DNA from: the human T2T-CHM13v2.0 reference genome, Homo sapiens
DNA length: 64,000 nt
NCBI GenBank assembly: GCA_009914755.4
Contig: CP068257.2
Coordinates: 16,704,001-16,768,000, forward strand
Direction of reading: 5' to 3'
Shown here: positions 43,317 through 55,399 of the stretch, piece after piece
Numbering within the stretch: the stretch's first letter is position 1
Layout of the letters: every line of letters begins with the position of its first letter
Program-made: the position numbers and the translations under genes
The notes under the pieces: model-generated
What the model saw: only the letters and a program-made list of their open reading frames with translations
What the model was told of the DNA's origin: nothing
Database searches by the model: none

Positions 43317-43817
43317 CACCCCAAAATCATACAAGTTAGTAAGTGGCAGAGATTGGCATTAAATATTGTGAAAGTAAGAGAAAATAGTTCAATGACTAAA
43401 TCTAGTATTGGAGTGCTAGAATTTGATCATATACACATACATGGTGTGAGTTTAATTAAAATCTATAACAAAAATGTAAATAGGTATTTTAAAGGATTTA
43501 TAGATATACAGTTGACGTAGGTACTGTTAGGTGAGAACTCAGTTATTTCTGTTTCTGATTTTATCAATTGGATTTTTAAATTAAAATAATTTATAAAGTT
43601 AATAATGAGTCTTCTACTGTTTCCTATGAGTGGAATACGTATATTTGTAGGTGATTATTTAAGGTAAAGTAATCCTAAGTGTTTCATTGTTACTCTCTCT
43701 CCTGCTCCTGATTTCCTTTTTCTATCCTCCTCTTCTAGGTCTCCCAAAAGAGCAACAATGTGATTTATCTAACAGACGTTTTTATGAAATTCCTTTGCAT
43801 TGCACTTTTCAAAAACT

Positions 43818-44120
43818 CACTTCTGATTTAATGGCAGCTCAGCTACCACCAGAGGGAAGTATCTCTACACTGATGAAGTACATTATTTGACAGTCATTAT
43901 AAAATATTTGTCAAGGTCTGGGCACGGTACTGGCCTCCTAGGTAGCTATAAAGGAGGGGAAACAAACAATCCCTAAGCTCAAATAATTTACAGTTTCATA
44001 TGTGGTGATTTTGTCATCTAGAGAAATAAAAGATTACTTACTAAATATCAGAAAAATTTGGGATTTTGGTAGCCCACCAGGCCTATATATAAAAGTCTAT
44101 ATTCATCAAATTTTCCCAAC
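43818..44120 (+). repeat. Copy A of an unclassified ~300-bp direct repeat, about 87% identical to 45011..45305.
   Basis: Aligned by eye: ...ctgatttaatggcagctcagctaccaccagagggaagtatctctacactgatgaagtacattatttgac...ccaggcctatatataaaagtctatattcatca. Confidence 0.7.
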
Positions 44121-44699
44121 CTAATGTAAGTGAAGTTATCCAGCATGTTGTAGACATGTAAACATAAAGGGTTCCATTAGCAAAACTATTCTGATAAACT
44201 CTGCAATGGACACTGTGCTTTCTGTATGGATTTCACTAGGCAAAGCCCAATTCAAGAGAGGCAGGCACCTAGAATACCTCTCCTTAAAGGAGGTTAAAGC
44301 CTTTTGGAAATAAATCTGAATTGATGCTTTACTGCAGCTCTCCAGACTCAATCCTCTACAAAACTAGAAAAGAGAAATTCGTTTCATTCACCACAACGTA
44401 GACAAATAGCTTAAAGTGAACCAACAAAAAATAAAACTTTCCCGTGTAATGTTACACTCACAAAATAAAGACTAAGTACGCATTTTTATTAGCATTTTGA
44501 AAAAGTTAAAATAATTAACCTTTCCTGCATGTCTGTGTTTCTCCTTTTAGTTCTGATATTGGACCAATGAAAGAGGCTAAGAGATTATACACTCTGGAAA
44601 CAGAGGGAAGGGACTATGTACTGTAGGTAGGAAGGAAGACAGCAGATGGGTGTAGGGGCAGCTCCTGGGATTAAGATGTCAGAAATATGCAATAGAGTA

Positions 44700-44945
44700 A
44701 AGAATGATATGATAGATAAGGAAATAAAGAAAATAAAGACAAGAGAAAGAAAGAAAGAAGAAAAAAAGAGAAAGAGAAAGAAAGAAAGATGGAAGGAAGG
44801 AAAGAAAGACAAGAGAAAGAAAAGAAAAAGAAAGAAAGGAAAGAAGGAAGGAAGGAAAGAAAGAAAAGAAAAAAAGAAAGGAGGGAGGGAGGCAGGGAGG
44901 GAAGGAAGAAGTAAATTAAGGAAGGAAGGAAGGAAGGGAGGAAGA
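44700..44945. repeat. Polypurine (+ strand) compound microsatellite (GAAA/GGAA/AGAA)n, about 245 bp. Its orientation is the opposite of the 21106..21400 tract.
   Basis: Direct reading. This explains the low-complexity ORFs at 44585..44980. Confidence 0.95.
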
Positions 44946-45010
44946 TTAAACCTTTTTGCATAAAAAGATAAAGCTTTCATTGTGTCTGTATTTGATAAGA
45001 TTAAAAATTC

Positions 45011-45305
45011 ACCTCTGATTTAATAGTAGCACAGCTACCACCAGGGGAAACCATCTCTACACTGATGAAGTATATTATTTGAGAATCATTATAAAATATT
45101 TATCAAGGTTTGAGCACTGTACTGGCCTCCTTGGTAGCTATAAAGAGGGGAAAGAAATAATTCCTAAACTCAAATAATTTACAATTTTAAATATAGTGAA
45201 TTTGCCACTTAGAGAAATAAAAGATTATTTACTAAATATCAAAGAAAAATTCTGCGATTTTCATAGCCTACCAGGCCTATATATAAAAGTCTATGTTCAT
45301 CAGGT
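45011..45305 (+). repeat. Copy B of the unclassified ~300-bp direct repeat.
   Basis: Reads ...ctgatttaatagtagcacagctaccaccaggggaaaccatctctacactgatgaagtatattatttgag...ccaggcctatatataaaagtctatgttcatca. Confidence 0.7.
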
Positions 45306-46438
45306 TTTGTTCCAACAGGAGATGGGAAGGCACTGAGGTTTCTTTTGACCATTAAATAAGCTTCATTTGACCTTCTGCCATTGTTTTTCTAAGCATAATC
45401 TCTTTTACCTTTGATTTGACTTTCCTACCTCTTTTTGGTCACTAAAACTAAGGATTCTGTTACTGATGTCAGAACTTTTGTGATGATCCGATACCAATTA
45501 TTTTGTCCTTAGGATCTTTGATTCAGTTGTTCCTTACCTGAGATGTGAGACTAACCTTTCTATAAAGTCAGGCTCACTGTGTATCTCCAATGTCCTACCA
45601 GTCCCCTATGACTTTAATTTGGCACGAGTTCATTGTCACACTCTTAGGTTTATATTTAGCACATTCATGATGTCTCAACATCTTCTTAGTAGCCCTCAAT
45701 GCCAGCTCTATTATATCCTCAACATGCTACGTTATTTTTTATCTTTATCCGAAATGGCTTTCCTTGTCTTCTCCACTCAAGTAGTCCCTATCTATGCCTT
45801 TCAGACACTGTCCCACATTTTTCATAAAACTTTCCATGACCCACCCTTTCAAGTCAAGGGACTCCTTCACACAGTAACATGCCTGTGCTTTTGGAGAACT
45901 ATTTAAGAATTCTCAAGTTAGTTTATTTCTTGTAACAAAAAGTTAAAGCCATGGTAACTGTATAATTATTTTTATAGCCATAGGATGAAGATTAAATGAA
46001 AAGATGCTAATCTCTAACATAATATTAATAGGATGAAGATTAAATGAAAAAATGATAACCTCTAACATAATATTCATTATGTTAATAACAGCTGCTAAAT
46101 AATTTTTCATTCATTTGCTAAGACTTTATAGAATACATATGCTGTGGTGGGCATTAGTTAGGTTCTGAAAATACAGGTATCAAAGATACATTCTCTGCCC
46201 TAAGAGAGCTCCTAGCCTAGTAAGGAGATAGACAAATCAACAATTATGCTATAGTGTGAGAATTGTACTTTAAATGTAGATACATGGTGCTAAATGCACA
46301 GGGGGAAGAAGTACCTAAACCAGACTAGAGTGTCAGTTAAGTGTCCCAGGGAAGGCGACATGGACTGGTTCTTAATGGGTTGTGAGGATGGAATATAAGA
46401 AAGGATGCAATAATAAGGAGAGAAAATGAGAGTGCCAG

Positions 46439-48674
46439 TATATTAATCCATTTTTACACTACTATAAAGAAATACCTGAGACTGGGTAATTTATAAAATA
46501 AAGAAGTTTAATTGGCTTACAGTTCCACATGGCTGGGGAGGCCTCAGAAACTTACAATCAGGTTGGAAGCCTAAGGGGAAGCAAGGACCTTCTTCACGTG
46601 GTGGCAGAAGAGAGAAGAGTGTGAAGGGGGAAGAAGCCCTTATGAAACCATCAGATCTCATAAGAACTCACACACTGTCATGAGAACAGCATGTGGGAAA
46701 CTGCCTTCATGACCCAATCACCTCACACCAGGTACCTCTCTCAACATGTAGGGATTACAATTGGAGATGAGATTTGTGTGGGGACACAGAGCCAAACCAT
46801 ATCATTCTGCTTCAGGCCCCTCCCAAATCTCATGCCCTCACATTTCAGAACACAATCATGCCTTCCCAACAGTCCCTCAAAGTTTTAACTCATTTCAGCA
46901 TTAATTCAAAAGTCCAAAGTCCAAAGTCTCATCTGAGACTAGACAAGGCTCTTCTGCCTATGAGTATGTAAAATCAAAAACAAGTTCATTACTTCCAAGA
47001 TACAAAGGGGTTACAAGCACTGAATAAATGCTACCATTCCAAATGGAAAAAAATTTGGACAAAACAAAGGGGCTACAGGCCCCATGCAACTCCAAAATCC
47101 AGCAGGGCAGTCATTAAATCTTAAAGCTCCAAAATAATCTCCTTTGACTCCATGTCTCACATCCACGGCATGCTAATGCAAGGGGTGGGCTCTGATGGTC
47201 TTGGGCAGCTCCACCCTAGTGGCTTTGAAGCATACAGCTCCCCTACCCCCACTGGCTGCTTTCACAGCTGGCATTGAGTGTCTGCAGTTTTTCCAGGCAC
47301 ACGGTGTGAGATGTCAGTGGATCTACCATTCTGTGGTCTGGAGGACGGTGGCTGTCTTCTCCAGAGTCAGCCCAGGGGGGACTCTGTGTGGGGGCTCTAG
47401 CCACACATTTTCCTTCTGCACTGCTCTAGCAGAAGTTCTCCATGAGAGTTCTGCCCCTGCAGCAGACTTCTGCCTACATATCCAGATGTTTCCATACATC
47501 CTCTGAAATCTAGGCAGAGGTTCCCAAACTTTAATTCTTGACTTCTGTGTACCTGCGGGCCCACGTGGAAGTTGCCAAAGTGTAGAGCTTGCACCCTCTT
47601 AAGCAATGGCCTGACCTGTACACTGGGCCCTTTTAGCCATGGCTGGAGCTGGAGTGGCTGGGACGCAGGGCACCAAGCCCCAAGGCTGTACACAGCAGTG
47701 GGGTCCTGGGCCCCATCCACAAACCATTTTTCCTCCTAGGCCTCCAGGCCTGTGATGGGAGGTCCTGCTATGAAGAACTCTGACATGCCACGGAGACATG
47801 TTCACCATTGTCTTGGCGAATAACATTTGACTCCTCATTACTTATGCAAATTTCTGTAGCTGGCTTCAATTTGTCCCCAGGAAATGGGTTTTTCTTTCTG
47901 CCACATAGTTAGCCTGCAAATTTTCCAAACTTTTATACTCTGTCACCTGTTGAAAATTTTGCTGTTTAGAAATTTCTCCTGCCAGATACCTTAAATCATC
48001 ACTCTCAAGTTCAAAATTCCACAGATCTCTAGGGCAGGGGCAAAATGCTGCCAATCTCTTTGTTAAAGGATAGTAAGAATAACCTTTGGTCCCTTTTCCA
48101 ATAAGTTCCTGATCTCCATCTGAGATCACCTCAACCTGGACTTCATCGTCCATATCACTCTTAGCATTTTGGTCAAATCCATTCAACAAGTCTCTGAGAA
48201 GACTCCTTCCCGTCTTCTTCTGAGTTCTCCAAACTACTCCAACCTCTGCCTGTTACCCAGTTCCAATGTCACTTCCACATTTTCGGTTATCTTTATGGCA
48301 GTACCCCATTCCTGGTGCCAATTAGTCTTTTTTCACACTGCTATAAAGATACTACTCAAAACTGGGTAATTTATAAAGGAAGGAAGTTTAATTGACTCAC
48401 AGTTCTGCATGACTGGGGAGGCCTCAGGAAACTTAAAATCATGGCAGAAGGTGAAGAAGCAGCAAGTACTTTCTTCACAAGGTGGCAGGAAAGAGAGAGA
48501 GTGGGGGAAACTGCCACTTATAAAACCATCAGATCTCATGAGAACTCATCCACTATCATAAGAACAGCATGGGAGAAACTGCCCCCATTCCAATCACCTC
48601 CCACCAGGTCCCTCCCTCAACATGTCGGGATTACAACTTGAGATGAGATTTGAGTGGGGACACAGAGCCATATC
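46439..48674 (-). mobile_element. Full-length MaLR retrotransposon of the THE1/MST class, LTR-internal-LTR, 2236 bp. Its orientation is the same as TMPRSS15 and it lies in intron 3. The 3' LTR is 46439..46804, the internal region 46805..48319 and the 5' LTR 48320..48674.
   Basis: Both LTRs are the reverse complement of the THE1/MST LTR (tgtattagtccattttcacactgctataaag...ccatatca). The ~1.5-kb non-coding internal region is typical of MaLR. The flanking 5-mers gccag and cccag match at 4 of 5 positions, which is plausible TSD evidence. Subfamily naming is from memory. Confidence 0.8.
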
Positions 48675-50165
48675 ACCCAGTAACGAAAACATAGATAAAA
48701 GAGAGAAAGCAGGATGGTTTTGAGGGTGTACAGATGATGTGGCAGGACTGAGGCAGAACGCTGTGTCGAGTTGGGGAGGAGAAACAGAAGGCCAGAGTGT
48801 GTTTTGGTGACAGAGCCATGCAGTACACCTGCATTTAGTATGATAGCACTAGAAAAAGTCTTTAGGTATTTAAGGAGTGAGATATGAAGATGGAGAGACA
48901 TTTATTCTCTAAAAAACTAGTAACTACAAGCAGGATCAGTGGATGAAAATCAAAGAAAGAAATAATTTGGTGATAATAATAAAGCATGTTCTAGTACCTA
49001 AAGTTATAAATAATAAACAAAATATACTAATAATCATGATTATTTAATAGGCTGTTTGTAGGATGTCCACAGCAATATTGAAAAAAGATTCCTAATTTTT
49101 GTTAGTCACATTACATGAGAAAATTAAATTTAAGCAGTATGAATCTCTTTCTTTTGTTGGACTAGAATGAATTTTCTTTAGTCTGTGAGCATTCCAGCTC
49201 AAAGCAGTCAAGCAAAGGCTAGACTACACAAGAAAAGAAAAAAATTTTTCTTGCACTATCACACAAACTGTATATACAACCTGACATGTAATGCCTAATA
49301 ACGTTAGTAAAAATTTCTTGACTCTGTCATATCTCCCCAACAATATTTTAAATTCCTCACAGCAGAGATTTTATACCTTAATCATCACATAAATTACTCA
49401 TGCCTAATTTATTATTAATGTCTGTTATAAATTAGTCACTTAACCCAAAGGTGCCCTTTGTAAGTAGGCAATTAAAAACCAAATAGCCTATCAAAACAGA
49501 GAGAGAGAAAACCAGTTCTAAATATACCAATACAAATTAAAATGTCTTAATGATAGTGGTTGAATGAGCTCTTTAATAAAAGACTTTCTCTTAATATCTG
49601 TATTCTCAGAACCTAGTTAAATGTCTGTTTCTAAGTAAGCCCTATATGTGTGTTAAGTACATAAGCGAGCAAATGAATGGATGACTACCTGAACATTTAT
49701 TTAACTCTATGTTGACAGGATAAAAATATTTGCTTCAGTTTTCCAGTATCTCTTTAATATATGTTTTGCCTATTTTTTGAAGTACTCTTTTTAGTGATTC
49801 TACCCTCCCCTTGTGCAAAGCACAGAACAATATTTTATATTTTCATCTTTATCTTTATTCTACTATAGGGGGATTTTAAGTTAGCAATTTATGTTGTATT
49901 TCAAAGCATGCTGTATCTCTCATAGAATTTTAGGGATATTAACCCTGAATAAACTGAAGATTATTTTGGGAAGATAAGGAAAATTCTGCTTTCTAAAGAT
50001 TACAGAAACTACAAGGTAACTTAGTTTCTATCATATCACATTTGAAGAACTGATTTTAAAAGCCTCAGATGAAACAAAAAAAATGTGTCATTTTTCAGGA
50101 GGAGGTAAAGAAAAAGTAAATAATGATAATTTTCATTCTAACCAAACAGATGTTTAAATCTTCAT

Positions 50166-50192
50166 GTATGGCATTCTCTCTCTCTCTCTCTG

Positions 50193-50225
<33 letters not shown>

Positions 50226-50232
50226 TTCTCTC
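50166..50232. repeat. (TC)n/(CTCTG)n microsatellite followed by (CA)-rich sequence.
   Basis: Direct reading. Confidence 0.95.
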
Positions 50233-52134
50233 ACATACACACAAACACACACTTACTTTTGATACTTTTGATGTATCCATGAACCATATAAACTGTACAG
50301 AGATACTGTAGACTCTACCTCATTTTCAGCTTGCCTCCAGTTTTTACTAAAACAACAATGAGGTCATTATGAAAAAAAAACACATTCCTACTAAATTATA
50401 ACAGTATTACAATCTAAATGATAAAAAAGCCCCTTATAGACTTCTGGATAGATCAGTACACCTTTAAATCCAGTGACGGATTCTTATAAAGGCTATTTCT
50501 CCACTCGTTTAACTCATTCCACTCTGACTTTCTGAGTATTTTTCTATATGCTAACTCCAGCAACTAGCATTGTCAATTCATAGAAGAGTAACACATGCAT
50601 AACCATTAAAAAGGAAAAAAATAAGAGAATAAAAAGATTGTAAACTTAGGTACTGTTTACCCTAGTCTGAGTATAGATTATCCCATCAGTTTTCCCATAA
50701 AGTTAACGAACACTTTAACCTACACAACTTTAAAAATCAGAGTGGAGAACAAGGAAAACTAAAGGTGGAAGCACAGGGCTTGCGTGGAAAAAGGTCTATG
50801 GCCATTTAGCAAATGAACAAAATAAGGCACCCAGAGGGAGAGTAGCCACTGAGAAACATACAGCAAACACTGCTTGGACAATTCCTGAATATGTGACTCT
50901 TTAGCCTTAACTTTCATTGCTTCACTCTGTCTTGAGTACTTTTTTAATATAAAAATTAGTAGTAGAGGACAGCATGAATGTTTTAGACAGACAGACTAAT
51001 GGCAGCTTGACATTGGAAAAGTAACCTAGCCTCTCTGAACCACACATTAATAATTCACGACAGACTGATAATCTAAAACTTCACAAACCCCTAGTGAGGA
51101 AAGCATTAGGTGACATACACAAGTACATGGTAGTAATGGTACACAGAAGAACAAATTGACAAGCTTGTGGTGATCTTCTGATTAGTACTGAGTATTTAGT
51201 TTGCTAAATGAATTGGTACACCAGGAACACCATCAGTCCATATATACTTGCCATTTTTCTTTTTAAAAACAGGGCTAAAGTATCTTAACCTTTTCAAAAA
51301 TAATGTAATTTTTAGGGAGCAAAATGTAAAACATCTGAATTTTTTTAGTGTTATTATGATGCCTTATTATTTATCTAATTGAAGACATAAACCTTAAATA
51401 TCAATGGACAATGTAGACAAGAAAACTGTAATAATTTCTATCAGACTGTCAGCTGCACAAAAGCACAAAAAATATGTAATTTTAAGGCCCTGGAATATAA
51501 TAAATAATACATGAATAAAAGTAAAATTAATATTCAGGTTTTATAGGTCGCAGTGTCTTGAAAACCCATAGGGAGGCTGTTGTCCTCTGCTATTGAGCTT
51601 GTACATTGTGCTTTCATTTCAAATTGTGGGCTTGGAGCTTTCAGCTACCTTCAACTGCAGTGCAGCAGCTGCTTAAAAACTAAGACTTACTTACTCTCAC
51701 GGTAAAGGAGTATGGAAGATGGCCAGCTGTAACTAAAGAATATTGCCATCAGTCTAGCTTACTTAGATGTTTTTCTCCATGCTCATCTTGGCTTTCATTG
51801 TTCTCCTTCCTGTTCCAGATTTACTGTCATCCTTCTTATTTCTGTAGAAAAAGAGAAGTTTCCTTTTCCATTGCATCTTGAGCCCACCCATCTATGGTGA
51901 AAAGCAAACCCACCCTCCCTAGAAGTTGTTATATTCTGTGGGCTCTGCTACTCTAACATTCTCATATGAAAGGAGAGCACATGCTGAATCAGAACAACAA
52001 AACTCCATTCAAACACATTCCCCAACACCTACTAGCTGTGTGATTTGAGGCAAGTTATTTTTCCAAGCCTCGGTGTCGTAGTTATTTAAGGCGGAATAAT
52101 TGCATCTCCCTCACAGTCATTTGGTGAGGAGTGA

Positions 52135-52501
<367 letters not shown>

Positions 52502-53527
52502 AAGTCACAAAAGGCTTGGCCTGAAATAGAGATTCAACCAGTGAGTTTCCTTTTTGCCAGCTTGTCATAGGATCTCTGTTTTACCTAACCTTCTGGAATA
52601 TTGTCTTTCTTTCTGTGCTTTTTAAATGTGAATTATTGTGAAGGCTTTGCTCTCTTCCCTTTTTCAGCTACCCCAGGTCTTGATCAGTCTTTAACTTTTT
52701 TTTCTTGGAATCCTCTCCCTTTGTCTTTTTCATTTTTAACTTAATTTTATAAATTTACATTTTTCTTTCTTTTATATTACATGTATTTTTAACTTTCCAG
52801 TTGACTTGTATCTCTATTCCAAAAGCCCTTTGGTAGTTTGTAGTTTAGAAAACTTTAGGTTCAGAGAGATGTCAGCAAGATTGTCAAACTCTCCTTCATG
52901 ATACAACAGCAACAACAACACACAGGTCAATTTTTTTTGTGACAAATACAAAAGCTAATTGTTTAGAAAATAGATCTTACAATAGAAATAAGAAAATAGT
53001 TCTTACAAAATTTCCATAATTTCCATATGTTACAGATTCAAACATTCATAGTGTGGAATTACATCATTACATTATTAATCTAAGATTCGTTAGTTTATTG
53101 AGCACCTACTTTACTTTAAGCAATCTTATGCCCTCTGGGTACACAGTGGACAAGTACCTTCTCTCTAGGTATTTATAGTATAAATGAAGCAGGGTGATAC
53201 AATATTATTTTATTAAATGACAAGCAAGCTTTTTCCAAATGTTCGTAGCAAGTCAAATACTATATCTGCATCTGTACCCTCTCCATGTGTCTCTGCAAGA
53301 TTTTATTGTCAGTAGAGAGAAACATATTAACATAAGATCAATTATCAAAAGTTATTATTATTCGCTACTAAAATGAAAGTTTATGCTGTGCCACTTTGCT
53401 TAATCCTCAAAAAATGTTGAAAAATTTAAATATTCCTCTTTTCCTATATATAGTGATGCTATTTTACAAATATTAGCAAAAAAATCACTAATTTTCCATC
53501 AGTAGAAAATTTTTGAGCTATACTCAC

Positions 53528-53595
53528 TCAAATTGTAAAACTCTTGAGTTCTTATATTCATTCTTCAGATTGCTTGATAGAAAGATCTCATCTAT
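53528..53595 (-). CDS. TMPRSS15: TMPRSS15 exon 3, 68 nt, encoding IDEIFLSSNLKNEYKNSRVLQF(E) at the start of the SEA domain. Intron 2 is only 252 nt.
   Basis: The reverse complement reads atagatgagatctttctatcaagcaatctgaagaatgaatataagaactcaagagttttacaatttga. The acceptor is ttttctag|atagatg and the donor is tttga|gtgagta. Confidence 0.92.
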
Positions 53596-53847
53596 CTAGA
53601 AAAATATAAAAGATTGAATGAGTATACTAAATTTAGGATTTTAACTTTTGTTGAAAAATTTATACAAAGCAATCTTTATGTTCTGCTTAGAGTTGGGGCA
53701 ATTTTCTCCATAGTAATGGGGCTCATACATTTGAGTATCTTGGGCATATTACATTTATTCTCTAGTTGTTTCACAGTGAGAAAATGGTGTTTTCAGCAAG
53801 TAGTTAAACTGTGTTATAAAATTTGAAACCAGCTGTCAGTCTCCTAC

Positions 53848-53978
53848 CATTTGCTGAAGGTCAAAAGCAAGAACTTTGAAATCCACTGAGAGTTTGTCTT
53901 GCAAATTAGGATTATATGTAACTCCGGATGTTATTTTAAATGTCGCTCTGGCTTCATGACTCTGTCCAAGTGCTGCAC
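53848..53978 (-). CDS. TMPRSS15: TMPRSS15 exon 2, 131 nt. It encodes (G)AALGQSHEARATFKITSGVTYNPNLQDKLSVDFKVLAFDLQQM.
   Basis: Reverse-complement translation in phase with exon 1. The acceptor is tttatctag|gtgcagcac and the donor is caaatg|gtaggag. Confidence 0.92.
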
Positions 53979-55399
53979 CTAGATAAATTAATAAGGAAAA
54001 AACACTAAGATTTTGGATTATGAGTAGGAGAAAATATGCACATTCTGTTAAGACATAGAAGTAAAGCTCTCGCCTGATGTGTTAGCTCTGTAGTTCTTGC
54101 TTTTTCTTTGTAGTCTCATGTTTCAAAATCAGCTGCTTTCTTTCACCAGCTGTCTGATTGTTTTAAAAGATTGGAAACTAAACCTTTTCTCCATTCTTTC
54201 AATATTTTTTTTCTTTTCTTTGAAGTCTAACCCACACTCCAAGCTTCCAAATTTTCATTATTATTGTTATTGAGATTCCTGTTGGAAGATACACGGACTG
54301 ATGAACTCCCACCAATCATGGGAAGTGACTCAGGGAAACATGGTGAGAAGTGAACCATTAAAAGTTTTGTAGTTGCTTTCAGATACTTCTTGAACACCTA
54401 GCATCCAGGGACACCACTGGGTTTTGACATATGAATTCCTGTGAAGATTTCAGTGTTTTGGTTACTTTGAAACATGACTTTGAGGCTACTTCTTTCATTC
54501 TAATAATTATAAAAATGGCATGCATGACCTTGTGCCATTAGCTGGTGACTGTCTTTGTTGAAGACGTTATTTAGAATGCTGTAGAAAATAGATAACCTCA
54601 CTAGGAAAAAAAAATGTAAAAAAAGAAGGTTAACGAATTAAATATAAACATGGATAATAAAATGTGTCATTAAGTCCTACATAATCCCTTTATCAGCATA
54701 TTTTCATTGACACTGATTTATGTTTAAAATGAATTGCTTCAACTGAAACTCACAATAATGAACTCATTAGTAAATATAATAATAATGACATATAATTCTC
54801 ACAATAATCTGGTGCGAGAAGACGTAGTTTCTTCTTTTCTGAGATAGGGTAATTGGAGTTTAGAACGATTAAGAAAATTTCTCAAGGTAGTAAAGGTCTT
54901 AGGCAACAGATCTGGAATTTGGTCATTGAAATGACTGACTCTACAACCCAGGATCTCTATATAATACATTGACACCAAACTATCCCATTAAGAGGATAAT
55001 TAGAAATAATAATTCAGGCAGTATGTGTGCATATAGTCTAAATAGCTTTAATTGCATAATTGATGTAACATATTATTTATACTATTTCATTTGTATTTTA
55101 AATACTCAAAATTACATTGAAGTTTGCATGTTTAAATGTAGAATACAAAGAAGGACTGAGGAACTACAACAGATTAAAGGAGACTAAGGAAGCGTAATAA
55201 CTAAATCTTATATAGGAATCTGCATTGGATCTTAAGCTGGTAAAGGGCATTAGTGGAAAAACTGGTGAAATTTGAATAAAGTATGTGGTTCAGTTAACAA
55301 TACTGTAGAAATGTTAATTTTTTGATTGTGACAATTGTACTGTGGATAAACGAAATATTAACATCCAAGGAAGCTGGGTTATATGAGAACTCTGTACAA

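Noticed and set aside
44585-44980. 131-aa and 105-aa ORFs on opposite strands
   Set aside because: Same artefact: they cross the (GAAA/GGAA)n polypurine tract.
47195-48189. Several 100-107 aa ORFs
   Set aside because: They lie inside the non-coding internal region of the THE1-class MaLR element, which lacks gag/pol. This is chance ORFs in GC-richer repeat sequence.
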